This document shows positions 18,283 to 29,755 of a stretch of DNA of 64,000 nucleotides, piece after piece. Position 1 is the stretch's first letter. Every line of letters starts with the position of its first letter. This stretch comes from Candidatus Saccharimonadales bacterium (GTDB lineage Bacteria > Babelota > Babeliae > Babelales > Chromulinivoraceae): NCBI GenBank assembly GCA_035478615.1, contig DATIJN010000140.1, positions 56,088-120,087 on the forward strand, given 5' to 3'. Under the pieces are notes generated by a model that saw only the letters and a list, made by a program, of their open reading frames with translations, was not told where the DNA came from and ran no database searches. Position numbers and translations under genes: made by a program.

Positions 18283-18666
18283 TTATATTTGAATCAATTT
18301 TAAACATAAGTATAGGTGTAAATCATCAACGAGTGGTAATAACTTTATGACTATAAATTTTTGAAAAAACATGTCATAAAATTGTGATCCTAATAAATCA
18401 TTTAATATTTTAATGTTTTTTAAACAAAGATGACAAAAAACAATATTATTAGTATAATACATATAATTATTATAATATATAGAGCAATAACAGTCATAAC
18501 CATAAATGACCGATTTGGGTAATTCATTTTCTTTTAAATAATTTAACATACACCGATACATATAGGGATTACTAATAATACGTTTGTTTATATAAAATGT
18601 GTTAGTTATTTTACTAAAATCAACAGGATTTATAAGATTATATAATATATGATAAATACGATTCAT
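18283..18666 (-). CDS. Hypothetical protein
   Basis: ATG ORF of 127 aa. An AAAATTGA match lies on the minus strand at 18698-18705, 32 nt upstream. Confidence 0.4.
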   Translation of the reverse strand: MNRIYHILYNLINPVDFSKITNTFYINKRIISNPYMYRCMLNYLKENELPKSVIYGYDCYCSIYYNNYMYYTNNIVFCHLCLKNIKILNDLLGSQFYDMFFQKFIVIKLLPLVDDLHLYLCLKLIQI

Positions 18667-18693
18667 ATTTTCATGTATGAAAATATAAATAGA

Positions 18694-19140
18694 TTAATCA
18701 ATTTTATGTTTATGTTGTATGATGAAACTGGAAATTTTTCGTTGTATAGGTAATAAACATTGCCAAAAACTATCCATTATTGTCATATCATTATTTATAA
18801 CATGACTATTTGTATCAATATAATCGTTAAAAATGATATTATCATTATCCGTTGTTGATTTTTCAACTATTGTTGATTTTTCAACTGTTGAAAAATCATC
18901 AATAGTTGATTTATCGAATAAATAACTATTAATCTCATTTAAGGTATGTTTCATTTTTGTTTGTAATTGATTAATCATCAGTGTATAATGTGAATCAACG
19001 TTTGTATCGATATGATCAAATAAGGGTACAGCCGCTTCTAATTGTTGTGTCGCTAAATAATAATCACTTTTATCAATCAACTCTAATGCATCAATATATA
19101 AATATTGAATTTTGATAATATTTTTTAAAGATTCATCCAT
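18694..19140 (-). CDS. Hypothetical protein
   Basis: ATG ORF of 148 aa with a short tandem STVEKSTIVEKST. Confidence 0.45.
   Translation of the reverse strand: MDESLKNIIKIQYLYIDALELIDKSDYYLATQQLEAAVPLFDHIDTNVDSHYTLMINQLQTKMKHTLNEINSYLFDKSTIDDFSTVEKSTIVEKSTTDNDNIIFNDYIDTNSHVINNDMTIMDSFWQCLLPIQRKISSFIIQHKHKID
18698..18705 (-). promoter_or_regulatory. AAAATTGA (minus strand) upstream of 18283-18666
   Basis: tcaatttt on the plus strand, 32 nt from the ATG. Confidence 0.35.
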
Positions 19141-19150
19141 TTATTTATTA

Positions 19151-19168
19151 AAATATAAATTTATATTT
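19151..19168. promoter_or_regulatory. Perfect 18-nt palindrome in a head-to-head spacer
   Basis: aaatataaatttatattt. Confidence 0.3.
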
Positions 19169-19170
19169 AA

Positions 19171-19839
19171 ATGGAGTTATATTGGTGGGGAATCATCATT
19201 TTATTTATATTAATCGTTGTCGCCATCATCATCATTGTATCTTTAAATCATGGTAATGTCATTGATATTATTAATCAATTACCAAGCTATAGGATTTATT
19301 ATCCTACAAATCAAACATATTTCGGTTTAACGAATATCAATATATTAAATAGAGCACCAGCAGCTATTCCCTATCCAGTGGGTACACAAGTTTGGCTACC
19401 TATTGTTACTTTAAGTAAAACACCAAATCTAGACCGATTTACATTTGTTACACAAACATCATCATTTGCCGAATTACAAGCAAATCAAAAATCTGTATTG
19501 TTAGTGAATACGATTTATAATCAAACTGGTATAGGATATCCTGTTTGTTCACCAACAGGTGGACAAGGTAATTGTACTAACCCCACAATTAGTAAGGTTG
19601 GTTATATTCAAATAACAGTAACACCGCCAAATCCTGATGAAGGATTTAATGTCATGATTCCAACAGGTGGGCCGAATAATTCGGTCGTTTTTACTTACAC
19701 TACTGTCGGAGAAAATATGTTTACGTTAACGACCGATAATGGTATGATTTCTGTTAGTGAAATTGGTACACCTATTTTTATTTTAAAAACAAATACCAAA
19801 TTTAAACCTGCTGTATTTCAACTTGTACCAATGACTTAA
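19171..19839 (+). CDS. Type II membrane-anchored protein
   Basis: N-terminal hydrophobic anchor WWGIIILFILIVVAIIIIV followed by a beta-rich Thr/Asn/Pro ectodomain. Confidence 0.5.
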   Translation: MELYWWGIIILFILIVVAIIIIVSLNHGNVIDIINQLPSYRIYYPTNQTYFGLTNINILNRAPAAIPYPVGTQVWLPIVTLSKTPNLDRFTFVTQTSSFAELQANQKSVLLVNTIYNQTGIGYPVCSPTGGQGNCTNPTISKVGYIQITVTPPNPDEGFNVMIPTGGPNNSVVFTYTTVGENMFTLTTDNGMISVSEIGTPIFILKTNTKFKPAVFQLVPMT

Positions 19840-19865
19840 AAAAAATGTTTAATTAAACATTTTTT
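19840..19865. terminator. 26-nt palindrome, module copy A
   Basis: aaaaaatgtttaattaaacatttttt; starts immediately after the stop codon (19837-19839). Confidence 0.55.
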
Positions 19866-19877
19866 AAACACAAAAAT

Positions 19878-20873
19878 ATGTTATATGTTGATTTAAACGA
19901 CGATGTCTTACGTGAAATTTTATCTCATGCGGATATCCAATCTGTATTCCGATTTTGTCAAGTCAACAAGACTTTATGTCATCAACATGATGATTGGTTT
20001 CGACACATTTATGACCGTTTATATAACCATACCGATATGTCTGTATTTAAAAATAAAACGTCTGAGATGACGTGGTTACAGTTGCTTAAACTATGTTATC
20101 AATTGTCTCGATTACTTATCCTACCTTTACTTAAAAATGTTACAATGAAAGAATTATATACGACGACAGAATTAAATTTATCTGACCGAAAAATCACAGT
20201 ATTACCGCCGGAAATTGGTCAATTGATAAATTTAAAACTATTAAATTTGTCAAACAACCAACTGAGTGCATTGCCGCCGGAAATGGGTCAGCTGAGTGCT
20301 TTACAACAATTGTCTTTGTCAAACAATAAACTAAGTGCATTGCCTCCGGAAATCGGCCAGCTGATTAGTTTAAAAGACTTGTTTTTGTCAAACAATCAAC
20401 TGAGTACATTGCCGCCCGAAATGGGTCAGCTGGGTGCTTTACAATCATTGTATTTACATAACAACAAACTGAGCGCGTTGCCTCCGGAAATCGGTCAGCT
20501 GAGTGCTTTACATCAATTGTATTTGGATAACAACCAACTGAGTACATTGCCTCCAGAAATAGGTCAGCTGATTAATTTAAAATACTTGTATTTGCATGAC
20601 AACCAACTGAGTACATTGCCGCATAAAATGGGCCAGCTGAATACTTTACGATATTTGGATTTGGATTACAATCAACTGAATATATTACTGCCGGAAATTG
20701 GTCAGCTGATTAATTTAGAATACTTGTATTTGTCAAACAACCAATTGATTACATTGCCGCCGGAAATTGGTCAGCTGACCGCTTTACAACAATTGACATT
20801 GGTTAAAAACAAATTATCATCGGTATTTAAAAATGAGTTAGAACAACAATTACCAAATACTTATATTATTTAA
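19878..20873 (+). CDS. F-box-like + leucine-rich repeat protein (intact)
   Basis: LNDDVLREILSHADIQSVFRFCQVNKTLC followed by about 9 x 23-aa LSALPPEIGQL... units. Confidence 0.75.
   Translation: MLYVDLNDDVLREILSHADIQSVFRFCQVNKTLCHQHDDWFRHIYDRLYNHTDMSVFKNKTSEMTWLQLLKLCYQLSRLLILPLLKNVTMKELYTTTELNLSDRKITVLPPEIGQLINLKLLNLSNNQLSALPPEMGQLSALQQLSLSNNKLSALPPEIGQLISLKDLFLSNNQLSTLPPEMGQLGALQSLYLHNNKLSALPPEIGQLSALHQLYLDNNQLSTLPPEIGQLINLKYLYLHDNQLSTLPHKMGQLNTLRYLDLDYNQLNILLPEIGQLINLEYLYLSNNQLITLPPEIGQLTALQQLTLVKNKLSSVFKNELEQQLPNTYII
20175..20814 (+). repeat. 69-nt coding tandem repeats (LRR units), inverted relative to 7133-7781
   Basis: Periodic ...ctgagtgcattgccgccggaaat... blocks. Confidence 0.85.
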
Positions 20874-21136
20874 ATAATACATATAATCACAATCGATGTA
20901 ATCATGGTTGCTGTTGTTGCAAAAATTGCAAATAATGTCTTTTTTGATAATAAATGGTGATTTAAATCATGTATATGATGATTTACATCAAGTATAGCAT
21001 CATTGACATCACTTACACCATGTTCAATTTTATTTAAATCGTGTTGTTGCTGATGTAAATGTTGATTTAATTCATATGAAAGATGGATGACATTTGTCAT
21101 TTCATCATGTAATTGTTTTAAATCATCATGAATCAT
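20870..21136 (-). CDS. Tail-anchored coiled-coil protein with Q-SNARE-like motif
   Basis: HQQQHDLNKIEHGVSDVNDAILDV aligns by eye with syntaxin-1A [24 protein letters not shown]. It is followed by SKK and a C-terminal hydrophobic anchor TLFAIFATTATMITSIVIICII. Confidence 0.45.
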   Translation of the reverse strand: MIHDDLKQLHDEMTNVIHLSYELNQHLHQQQHDLNKIEHGVSDVNDAILDVNHHIHDLNHHLLSKKTLFAIFATTATMITSIVIICII

Positions 21137-21140
21137 TTTT

Positions 21141-21166
21141 ATATCATATAAATATTTATATGATAT
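21141..21166. promoter_or_regulatory. Perfect 26-nt palindrome in a head-to-head spacer
   Basis: atatcatataaatatttatatgatat. Confidence 0.3.
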
Positions 21167-21173
21167 TGATAAA

Positions 21174-22400
21174 ATGGCTTCAAAACAAAAATTAAAGGAT
21201 GATGTTATTTATAAAAAAAAACAACATGAAAATGAATTACGTCATTTGATTTATCAAATATACGAAGGTATGACTGATAAAAATCATCACCCATTTATTA
21301 AAAATATCAAAAATCCAAAATCCTTATTAACAAGCCTTATAAAATTACACAATATGATTGGATTAGATGATATTAAAACATCCATTGCTAAACAAACTAC
21401 TTTTTTAATAAACAAATTAAATAAGGGTGATTTAAGTATGAAAATGTTAAATACAGTTCTTATGTCCGGACCTGGTACTGGGAAGACAACTGTAGGTATA
21501 TTGATGGCCGAAATATGGCATCATTTGGGGTTTTTAGATTTAGCTAGCAAAAATAATAATCAGTTATCTTTATTTTCTAAATTATCACATTATAACGAAG
21601 AAGTATTACAACTTTATGCAATCATGTTATTATTCGCAGCGAGATTAATATATCATGAGTTTTTACAACCCATGTATGTTAAATACGGTAATAAACTTAT
21701 TATCGGTATGATTGTGTTAATCACGACTGTCATTATTTTACTATATACGAATAGTGATGCATTGTTATTAACCAATCATAATCAGTCCATCATCACAATT
21801 ACTAGTCGTTCTGATTTTGTAGACATTTATTTAGGAACAACGGATAAAAAAACAGAAAAATTGTTAAGAAATAATATTGGTAAAGTGGTTTTTATTGATG
21901 AAGCGTATTCATTATATTCAGGACCGCAAGATATTTACGGTATGGAATGTTTAACTTGCATTAATAAATTCATGTCCGAACATGAAAATGAAATTGTTAT
22001 TATTTTTGCTGGTTATGAAGAAGATTTAAAAAACACGATATTTAAAGCACAAAAGGGACTAGCGCGGCGATGTATGTGGCATTTCAAATTGGATGATTAT
22101 AGTATCGAACAACTGTTCGACATTTTTGAACAAAAATTAAAAGATGAACATTTATCCATTTTAAAAAAAGACTATAATAAAATTAAAGATTATTTTGTCA
22201 ACAACAAAGATGCTTTTGTTTATGCTGGCGGTGACGTTGAAAAATTAATCTTTTTTTGTCAACTTAATCAAAATCAGTGTGACGTTGTTGATTATAAAAC
22301 CATAAAATGCGGTATTAAAGAATTGTATAAAAATAATCAAAAATTGATTAAAAATGATCATGATTGGTTACAAAAATTGAAGGAATTAAAAAATGTTTAA
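21174..22400 (+). CDS. AAA+ ATPase, CbbX/SpoVK-like, with hydrophobic insertion
   Basis: Walker A SGPGTGKTT; Walker B VVFIDEAYSL; FAGYEEDL and GLARRC downstream. An insert of about 84 aa lies between Walker A and B. Confidence 0.75.
   Translation: MASKQKLKDDVIYKKKQHENELRHLIYQIYEGMTDKNHHPFIKNIKNPKSLLTSLIKLHNMIGLDDIKTSIAKQTTFLINKLNKGDLSMKMLNTVLMSGPGTGKTTVGILMAEIWHHLGFLDLASKNNNQLSLFSKLSHYNEEVLQLYAIMLLFAARLIYHEFLQPMYVKYGNKLIIGMIVLITTVIILLYTNSDALLLTNHNQSIITITSRSDFVDIYLGTTDKKTEKLLRNNIGKVVFIDEAYSLYSGPQDIYGMECLTCINKFMSEHENEIVIIFAGYEEDLKNTIFKAQKGLARRCMWHFKLDDYSIEQLFDIFEQKLKDEHLSILKKDYNKIKDYFVNNKDAFVYAGGDVEKLIFFCQLNQNQCDVVDYKTIKCGIKELYKNNQKLIKNDHDWLQKLKELKNV
22373..22380 (+). promoter_or_regulatory. 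AAAATTGA upstream of the FNIP gene (second copy at 22340-22347)
   Basis: Exact octamers starting 53 and 86 nt before the ATG at 22426, inside the 3' end of the AAA+ gene. Confidence 0.35.
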
Positions 22401-22413
22401 TTAAACATTTTTT
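22388..22413. terminator. 26-nt palindrome, module copy B
   Basis: Identical to 19840-19865; contains the AAA+ gene stop codon. Confidence 0.55.
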
Positions 22414-22425
22414 AAATACAAAAAT

Positions 22426-23391
22426 ATGTTAGTGCCAGAAGAAATATTTAAACTCATTAATACTAAAAATGTTAATTTGTATAAAACATGCAAAGCGTTT
22501 TATGAATTTATCGATTTAGTTTATCAACGCGTAGAATACTCTTATTTAAATTTAAATAAAATTTATTTTACGTTTATTATCGTGGGTAATGATAATATCT
22601 ATAATAACGTGTATAAGTTAATCAATATTAATGATTTAAAATTATTACCACAGTTTAAACATTTAACACATTTAACATTTGATAAGTATTTTAATCAACC
22701 CATAGGATCTTGGCCACCTTATATAACACACTTAACTTTTGGTGATCATTTTAATCAACCCATAGGATCTTGGCCACCTTATATAACACACTTAACTTTT
22801 GGAATGAATTTTAATCAACGCATAGAAACATGGCCTACTCTTATCACTCACTTAACTTTTGGATTTTATTTTAATCAATCAATAGGCTCATGGCCACCTT
22901 TTATAACACACTTAACTTTTGGACATGATTTTAATCAACCCATCGGATCATGGCCCGCAAAATTGACACACTTAACTTTTGGAAATAATTTTGATCAACC
23001 CATCACATCATGGCCCGATAAATTGACACACTTAACGTTTGGATATAATTTTGGTCAACCCATCACATCATGGCCCGATAAATTGACACACTTAACTTTT
23101 GGATATTGGTTTAATCAACGCATAGAAACATGGCCTGCACAATTGACGCAATTAACGTTTGGATCATATTTTAATCAAAGCATAGAAACATGGCCTAATC
23201 TTATAACTCACTTAACTTTTGGTGTTTGTTTTAAACAACCCTTCACATCATTACCATCGCAGCTAAAATATTTAACATTATCAAAAAAGTATAATCATTA
23301 TGTACATATTAAAGTATTACCAACAAGTTTGATTCAAATTAATAAAGGTGATATAGTCATTACACAAGATATGTTAAACCGGTTAAGATAA
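22426..23391 (+). CDS. FNIP-repeat protein
   Basis: About 10 tandem 20-aa units ITHLTFGxxFNQPIGSWPPx (FNIP repeat pattern) after an F-box-like N-terminus. Confidence 0.75.
   Translation: MLVPEEIFKLINTKNVNLYKTCKAFYEFIDLVYQRVEYSYLNLNKIYFTFIIVGNDNIYNNVYKLININDLKLLPQFKHLTHLTFDKYFNQPIGSWPPYITHLTFGDHFNQPIGSWPPYITHLTFGMNFNQRIETWPTLITHLTFGFYFNQSIGSWPPFITHLTFGHDFNQPIGSWPAKLTHLTFGNNFDQPITSWPDKLTHLTFGYNFGQPITSWPDKLTHLTFGYWFNQRIETWPAQLTQLTFGSYFNQSIETWPNLITHLTFGVCFKQPFTSLPSQLKYLTLSKKYNHYVHIKVLPTSLIQINKGDIVITQDMLNRLR
22657..23281 (+). repeat. 60-nt coding tandem repeats (FNIP units)
   Basis: cacttaacttttgg...ttaatcaacccata... is repeated with 60-nt period. Confidence 0.9.
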
Positions 23392-23422
23392 ATTTAAATG
23401 TATTTTAACAAATAATCAACAA

Positions 23423-23518
23423 TCCATGATTACGATTACTAGTCGTTCTGATTTTGTAGACATTACAAAAGTTGAAGGAATTAACAAGTTAACATATTTT
23501 AACTACAAAAATATGTTA
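23423..23518 (+). pseudogene. Internally deleted remnant of a second AAA+ ATPase copy plus its terminator/promoter module
   Basis: 23423-23464 matches 21786-21827 at 39/42 positions. 23464-23518 is a degenerate copy of 22371-22431 (gene end, hairpin, acaaaaatATGtta). Confidence 0.5.
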
Positions 23519-23529
23519 ATACATATAAA

Positions 23530-24609
23530 TTACGCTATTAAAATAAAAGAAACCGTGGTAGACGCTGTATTGGTTGTACTACTATTTGGCGGTACTGTTA
23601 AGGCAGTAGGTCCATTACCAGAAGAAGCACATACGGCTAAAAAAGATCCAGAGGCAGCAACCACCAAAGCATCACCCACAATTTGAGATGTACCTGTGGC
23701 TCTACCTACATTACTATAAGTCAATGCGGTCATACCTACCAAAGTAGTCCCATAAAACAAAGTCATACCGCCATCCTCATTGATAGTAGCTTGAAATACT
23801 ATTTTATAAATTCCTGCAGTAGGAAGCGTAAACACTGTCCCAGATGCTGTAAAAGGACCTTGAATAGCAGTTGTCACGGTAATACCTATACCATTAACCA
23901 CTGTTCCTGAATAGGTAAAGGGTTGTCCAGAGGCAACTGTGGCTGGTTGTGACCCTGATTGAAAAAATTGAGAAGCACTTACTAATGACCCGGTCGGACC
24001 AGTGGCACCTAATGAACCGGTTGGGCCAGTGGCTCCTACACTTCCTTGTAATCCAGCAGGTCCAGTGGCACCTAATGAACCGGTTGGGCCAGTGGCTCCT
24101 ACACTTCCTTGTAATCCAGCAGGCCCAGTTGTTCCTATTTGTCCTGTAGGTCCTGTTGCTCCTACATTTCCTTGCAATCCAGCAGGCCCAGTTGTTCCTG
24201 TTTGTCCTGTAGGTCCTGTTGCTCCTACAATTCCTTGTACCCCAGCAGGCCCAGTTGTTCCTGTTTGTCCTGTAGTTCCTGTTGCCCCTACAATTCCTTG
24301 TAACCCAGCAGGCCCAGTTGTTCCTGTTTGTCCTGTAGGTCCTGTTGCTCCTACATTTCCTTGCAATCCTGCAGGTCCAATTGGTCCTGTTTGTCCTGTA
24401 GGTCCTGTTGCACCAGTATTAGAAGCGGTACCAGCAGGACCAGTTGGACCAGTTCTTCCAGTCGGTCCAGTTGGCCCTGTTGGACACTTACATTTTTTAT
24501 GTTTATGACATTTCTTCTTTTTATGACATTTCTTTTTGTGACAATGTCTGTCATTGTCATGGCATGGATCACATTTTGCTTCTTTAAGACATTTTGGACA
24601 GTCACACAT
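23530..24609 (-). CDS. Collagen-like protein with Cys/His/Lys-rich N-terminus and C1q/BclA-like C-terminal domain
   Basis: About 55 uninterrupted G-X-Y triplets. N-terminus is [41 protein letters not shown]. The C-terminal non-collagen beta-rich domain contains [16 protein letters not shown]. Confidence 0.8.
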   Translation of the reverse strand: MCDCPKCLKEAKCDPCHDNDRHCHKKKCHKKKKCHKHKKCKCPTGPTGPTGRTGPTGPAGTASNTGATGPTGQTGPIGPAGLQGNVGATGPTGQTGTTGPAGLQGIVGATGTTGQTGTTGPAGVQGIVGATGPTGQTGTTGPAGLQGNVGATGPTGQIGTTGPAGLQGSVGATGPTGSLGATGPAGLQGSVGATGPTGSLGATGPTGSLVSASQFFQSGSQPATVASGQPFTYSGTVVNGIGITVTTAIQGPFTASGTVFTLPTAGIYKIVFQATINEDGGMTLFYGTTLVGMTALTYSNVGRATGTSQIVGDALVVAASGSFLAVCASSGNGPTALTVPPNSSTTNTASTTVSFILIA

Positions 24610-24711
24610 GACTTGTTTTAATTATTATTAAACTTTTTCAATTAAGTGTCAATACAGTATTACCAAAAGTCATTATATAAAACATATTAAATAAAATATA
24701 ATTGAGTTAAA

Positions 24712-27560
<2,849 letters not shown>

Positions 27561-27587
27561 TAAAAAAAATATTATTTATTTATTAAA

Positions 27588-27890
27588 ATGTCATCAAATC
27601 ACAGTAATAGTCATAAAAAGATTATCAAAATGATTACTACTTCCGGTAACTTAGATAAACAATATCAAGATCATATTATTGATGCTAGCAATAATCATAT
27701 CAATTTAACTCTGCCGCAAATTCACGCAAGTGGTAAACATTTTCATATCACACGTAGCGATACAACTTTAAATGGCGTTATACTTATTGCACAACAGGGT
27801 AATACAATCAATGGTTCCGCATCCATTGCCATGTTACCGAATACAAAATATTATATCGTCAGTTATAATACAAATTATTATTTGTTATAA
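27588..27890 (+). CDS. Small beta-rich protein, tandem paralogue 1 of 3
   Basis: TSGNLD...IDASNNHINLTLP...NGV.L.A..GNTINGS.S..MLPN....VSYNTNYYLL is shared with the next two ORFs. Confidence 0.6.
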   Translation: MSSNHSNSHKKIIKMITTSGNLDKQYQDHIIDASNNHINLTLPQIHASGKHFHITRSDTTLNGVILIAQQGNTINGSASIAMLPNTKYYIVSYNTNYYLL

Positions 27891-27920
27891 AATGTTTTAA
27901 AAAATAAATTATAAATAAAA

Positions 27921-28202
27921 ATGTCATCCATTGCCATCATCCTTGTCACTTCTTCAGGCGATCTTAATAGTGATTACGAAGCTCATTTATTAGACGCAAC
28001 CAATAATGCTATTACTGCTAATTTGCCAGATTTTGCAGCTGATGGTGATAGTTATTTGTTAAGTAGAGTAGATACCAGTTTAAATGGTGTTACTGTTGTT
28101 GCACCATCTGGTAAAACCATTAATAATTCATCATCTGTAGCGATGTTACCTGGTAATAAATTCAGAGTTATTTCTTATGGTACTAATTATTACTTATTCT
28201 AA
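27921..28202 (+). CDS. Small beta-rich protein, tandem paralogue 2 of 3
   Basis: TSSGDLN...LDATNNAITANLP...NGVTVVAPSGKTINNSSSVAMLPGN..RVISYGTNYYLF. Confidence 0.6.
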   Translation: MSSIAIILVTSSGDLNSDYEAHLLDATNNAITANLPDFAADGDSYLLSRVDTSLNGVTVVAPSGKTINNSSSVAMLPGNKFRVISYGTNYYLF

Positions 28203-28229
28203 ATTATAATAAATTAATTATAATTTAAA

Positions 28230-28514
28230 ATGGCCTCATACGCCGTGACAACAATAACCACATCAGGTGATTTAAACACACATATTGAATTATTTTTAAT
28301 TGATGCTACAAACGGTTCAATCAATTGTCATTTACCTACCATCACAACAGATGGTAATTCTTATTTTTTTAAACGTACTGATTCTAATATATTATCTACA
28401 GTAACATTAACAGCTGATAAAGGAAATACCATTAATAATAATGCAACACATAATATAACATTGAATGATGGTATTAGAATAGTATCATATGATACAAATT
28501 ACATTATATTATAA
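28230..28514 (+). CDS. Small beta-rich protein, tandem paralogue 3 of 3
   Basis: TTSGDLN...[13 protein letters not shown]...[36 protein letters not shown]. Confidence 0.6.
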   Translation: MASYAVTTITTSGDLNTHIELFLIDATNGSINCHLPTITTDGNSYFFKRTDSNILSTVTLTADKGNTINNNATHNITLNDGIRIVSYDTNYIIL

Positions 28515-28531
28515 TATTAAATCTTATTAAA

Positions 28532-29086
28532 ATGCCTTATCATATAAGTAGTAGTAGTACTAGTAGTAGTGATGAAGATGATATTAGTATAATTAAATTT
28601 GTTGCAATACCTGGTCCTATTGGTCCGACTGGTGCTAGCGGAACTGGAACAATAGGAACGACTGGACCAACAGGTACTACTGGTGCGACTGGAACAACAG
28701 GTACTACTGGTGCAACTGGACCAACAGGTACTGTAGCCTGTTTAACAAGTGTTACTTATGCAGAGTTATTAACATTGATTGGTAGTCATGCTTTGGATGC
28801 TGGATGTAGTTATTTAATTAATGATTATCAAACGATAGATATCATACCAAATACAGTAGTGCCTGTGATTGGACCCATCGATCCATTAATTGTTCAAGCT
28901 GATACCAACAATACTATACATGAAGAAGCGATATCTCAAAATTTTCCTGCAGATAATATTTGGTATGAAGTGATGGATTCACGTGCTGTACCTCCACCTG
29001 GAAACCCAAAAACATTAACGGCTGATAAAATCATTAATAATAATGCATCATGTACACTTATAATTGATGAATATTGGTATAAATAA
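28532..29086 (+). CDS. Short collagen-like protein
   Basis: [25 protein letters not shown]-terminus, about 17 G-X-Y triplets, then a 110-aa non-collagen domain ending [12 protein letters not shown] (compare paralogue 3 [14 protein letters not shown]). Confidence 0.65.
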   Translation: MPYHISSSSTSSSDEDDISIIKFVAIPGPIGPTGASGTGTIGTTGPTGTTGATGTTGTTGATGPTGTVACLTSVTYAELLTLIGSHALDAGCSYLINDYQTIDIIPNTVVPVIGPIDPLIVQADTNNTIHEEAISQNFPADNIWYEVMDSRAVPPPGNPKTLTADKIINNNASCTLIIDEYWYK

Positions 29087-29087
29087 A

Positions 29088-29116
29088 AATGATTCATTAA
29101 AATTTAATGAATCATT
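29088..29116. terminator. Perfect 29-nt palindrome
   Basis: aatgattcattaaa-a-tttaatgaatcatt. Confidence 0.5.
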
Positions 29117-29119
29117 AAA

Positions 29120-29755
29120 ATGGAAAAATTCATCATAGCAGTAGAGGGATTAACTGGCGCTACAAAAACGACAACAATTTACAATATGCTTGTGCCTTTT
29201 TTTAAACAAAAGGGTTATAGTGTCATGGTGGTGGATGAACCAGTCAATTTATGGACAGATATATTATCCTTATTTTATAATGCACCCGCATTATACGGTT
29301 ATCAATTTCAAACCACCGTTTTATGCGATCGTCTTATCAATACGATCAACATGTTCAAAGAATATCCAGATACACACATTTTTATATTAGATCGAAGTAT
29401 TTTTACTGACAAAGTATTCATGCAAACATTGTATGAACAAGGAAAACAAACTGAATTAGAATGGAAAAATTATCAAAAACTTTGGTCATTGTTAAAACAA
29501 CTGATGCCATTTGAAATTAATCTCATTTTATATCTCGATTTACCCATTGATGATACATTTGAGCGTATTAAGATGAGAAAAAGAGAAGGTGAAGAACATA
29601 TTAATAAGGATTATTTATGTTTATTAAAGAAAAATCATGATTTGATCATTCACAACAGTCAACTGCATGTATTAACTGTTGATAATCACGAACAACTATG
29701 TTATAAAATATATAATTACTTAAATAATATAATTATAAATAAAAATGTCATCTGA
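29120..29755 (+). CDS. Deoxynucleoside kinase (dNK/dCK/dGK family)
   Basis: P-loop IIAVEGLTGATKTT, DRSIFTDKVF (ERS-type motif), LID-region RIKMRKREGE. Confidence 0.7.
   Translation: MEKFIIAVEGLTGATKTTTIYNMLVPFFKQKGYSVMVVDEPVNLWTDILSLFYNAPALYGYQFQTTVLCDRLINTINMFKEYPDTHIFILDRSIFTDKVFMQTLYEQGKQTELEWKNYQKLWSLLKQLMPFEINLILYLDLPIDDTFERIKMRKREGEEHINKDYLCLLKKNHDLIIHNSQLHVLTVDNHEQLCYKIYNYLNNIIINKNVI

Noticed and set aside
22657-23281. Very regular 60-nt repeats (also the 69-nt repeats at 7133-7781 and 20175-20814) that could be mistaken for a CRISPR-like array.
   Set aside because: The units are contiguous with no unique spacers, are in-frame, and encode FNIP or LRR protein repeats.
23426-23686. 86-aa plus-strand ORF starting MITITSRSDFVDI.
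   Set aside because: Its first third is the decayed AAA+ ATPase remnant. The rest is antisense to the C-terminal domain of the collagen-like gene. I treat it as a pseudogene remnant, not a CDS.
23683-24621. Plus-strand ORFs 23683-23910, 23949-24149, 24002-24508 and 24328-24621, and minus-strand ORF 24351-24605.
   Set aside because: All are alternative-frame or antisense shadows of the collagen-like gene 23530-24609.
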